A stretch of DNA of 63,879 bases, counting the filler, from Collodictyon triciliatum (lineage: Eukaryota): assembly GCA_043381765.1 (NCBI GenBank). It is 6 parts of 6 records of this genome, joined end to end, with 100 filler letters (N's around TTAATTAATTAA, not from the genome) between each part and the next. Parts side by side here need not be neighbours in the genome. Positions count along the whole stretch, not along the records: positions 60,974 to 63,879 come from JBHJMP010002377.1; 5 more parts are not named here. One strand, written 5' to 3'. The notes below the pieces were generated by a model. The model did no database searches. It saw only the letters and a program-made list of their open reading frames with translations, and had not been told where the DNA came from. The translations under genes were made by a program, and so were the position numbers. Shown here piece by piece: positions 63,592 to 63,879 of this stretch (position 1 is the stretch's first letter; each line of letters opens with the position of its first letter).

Positions 63592-63879
63592 GTGGGTCGG
63601 TTATTCATCGGGGCTGGCCACTAGCCATTTTACAGGATTCATTTCTTATTCTCTCCCGTCTCAGTTTTCTTTGTTCTTATAACTTTTGTATTAATCCTTT
63701 TTTTATTCCATTTTATTCCTATTTTATTCTTTTTATTTCTATTATTCTTTTTATTACTATTTTATTCTTCTCTATTCCTATTTTATTCTTTTTTATTCTT
63801 TTTTATTCTTTTTTATTCTTTTTTATTCTTTTTTATTCTTTTTTATTCTTTTTTATTCTTTTTTATTCTTTTTTATTCT

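Overview
Intron-rich, microsatellite-rich nuclear DNA from a microbial eukaryote. It is probably flagellated (CFAP96 present) and has a mitochondrial gamma-carbonic-anhydrase-like complex I subunit. It uses the standard genetic code. The window is probably not one locus: five identical 100-nt spacers (N44-TTAATTAATTAA-N44) split it into roughly 12-kb pieces that look like concatenated unplaced scaffolds, so adjacency across them is unreliable. Genes were spliced by eye. They include a formate/nitrite transporter, a dienelactone hydrolase, an HS1BP3-tail-like LF-acidic repeat protein, gamma-CA-like, a TRAIP-like RING ligase, a pentapeptide + Sel1-like repeat protein, glutamate 5-kinase (partial), TIP41 (partial), DPY30, CFAP96, three class I cyclic-nucleotide phosphodiesterases (two transmembrane, one GAFx3-PAS) and several unknown membrane or secreted proteins. 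The most interesting signal is a decayed Fanzor/TnpB-type RNA-guided nuclease gene (11126-11879, minus). It is followed on the same strand by about 350 nt of hairpins with G-U strand bias, a candidate omegaRNA or element end. Other highlights are a PDE with a CyaB1-like GAF-GAF-PAS input module and a glutamate 5-kinase whose conserved catalytic Lys is replaced by Met. All family assignments come from motif recognition, without database searches.
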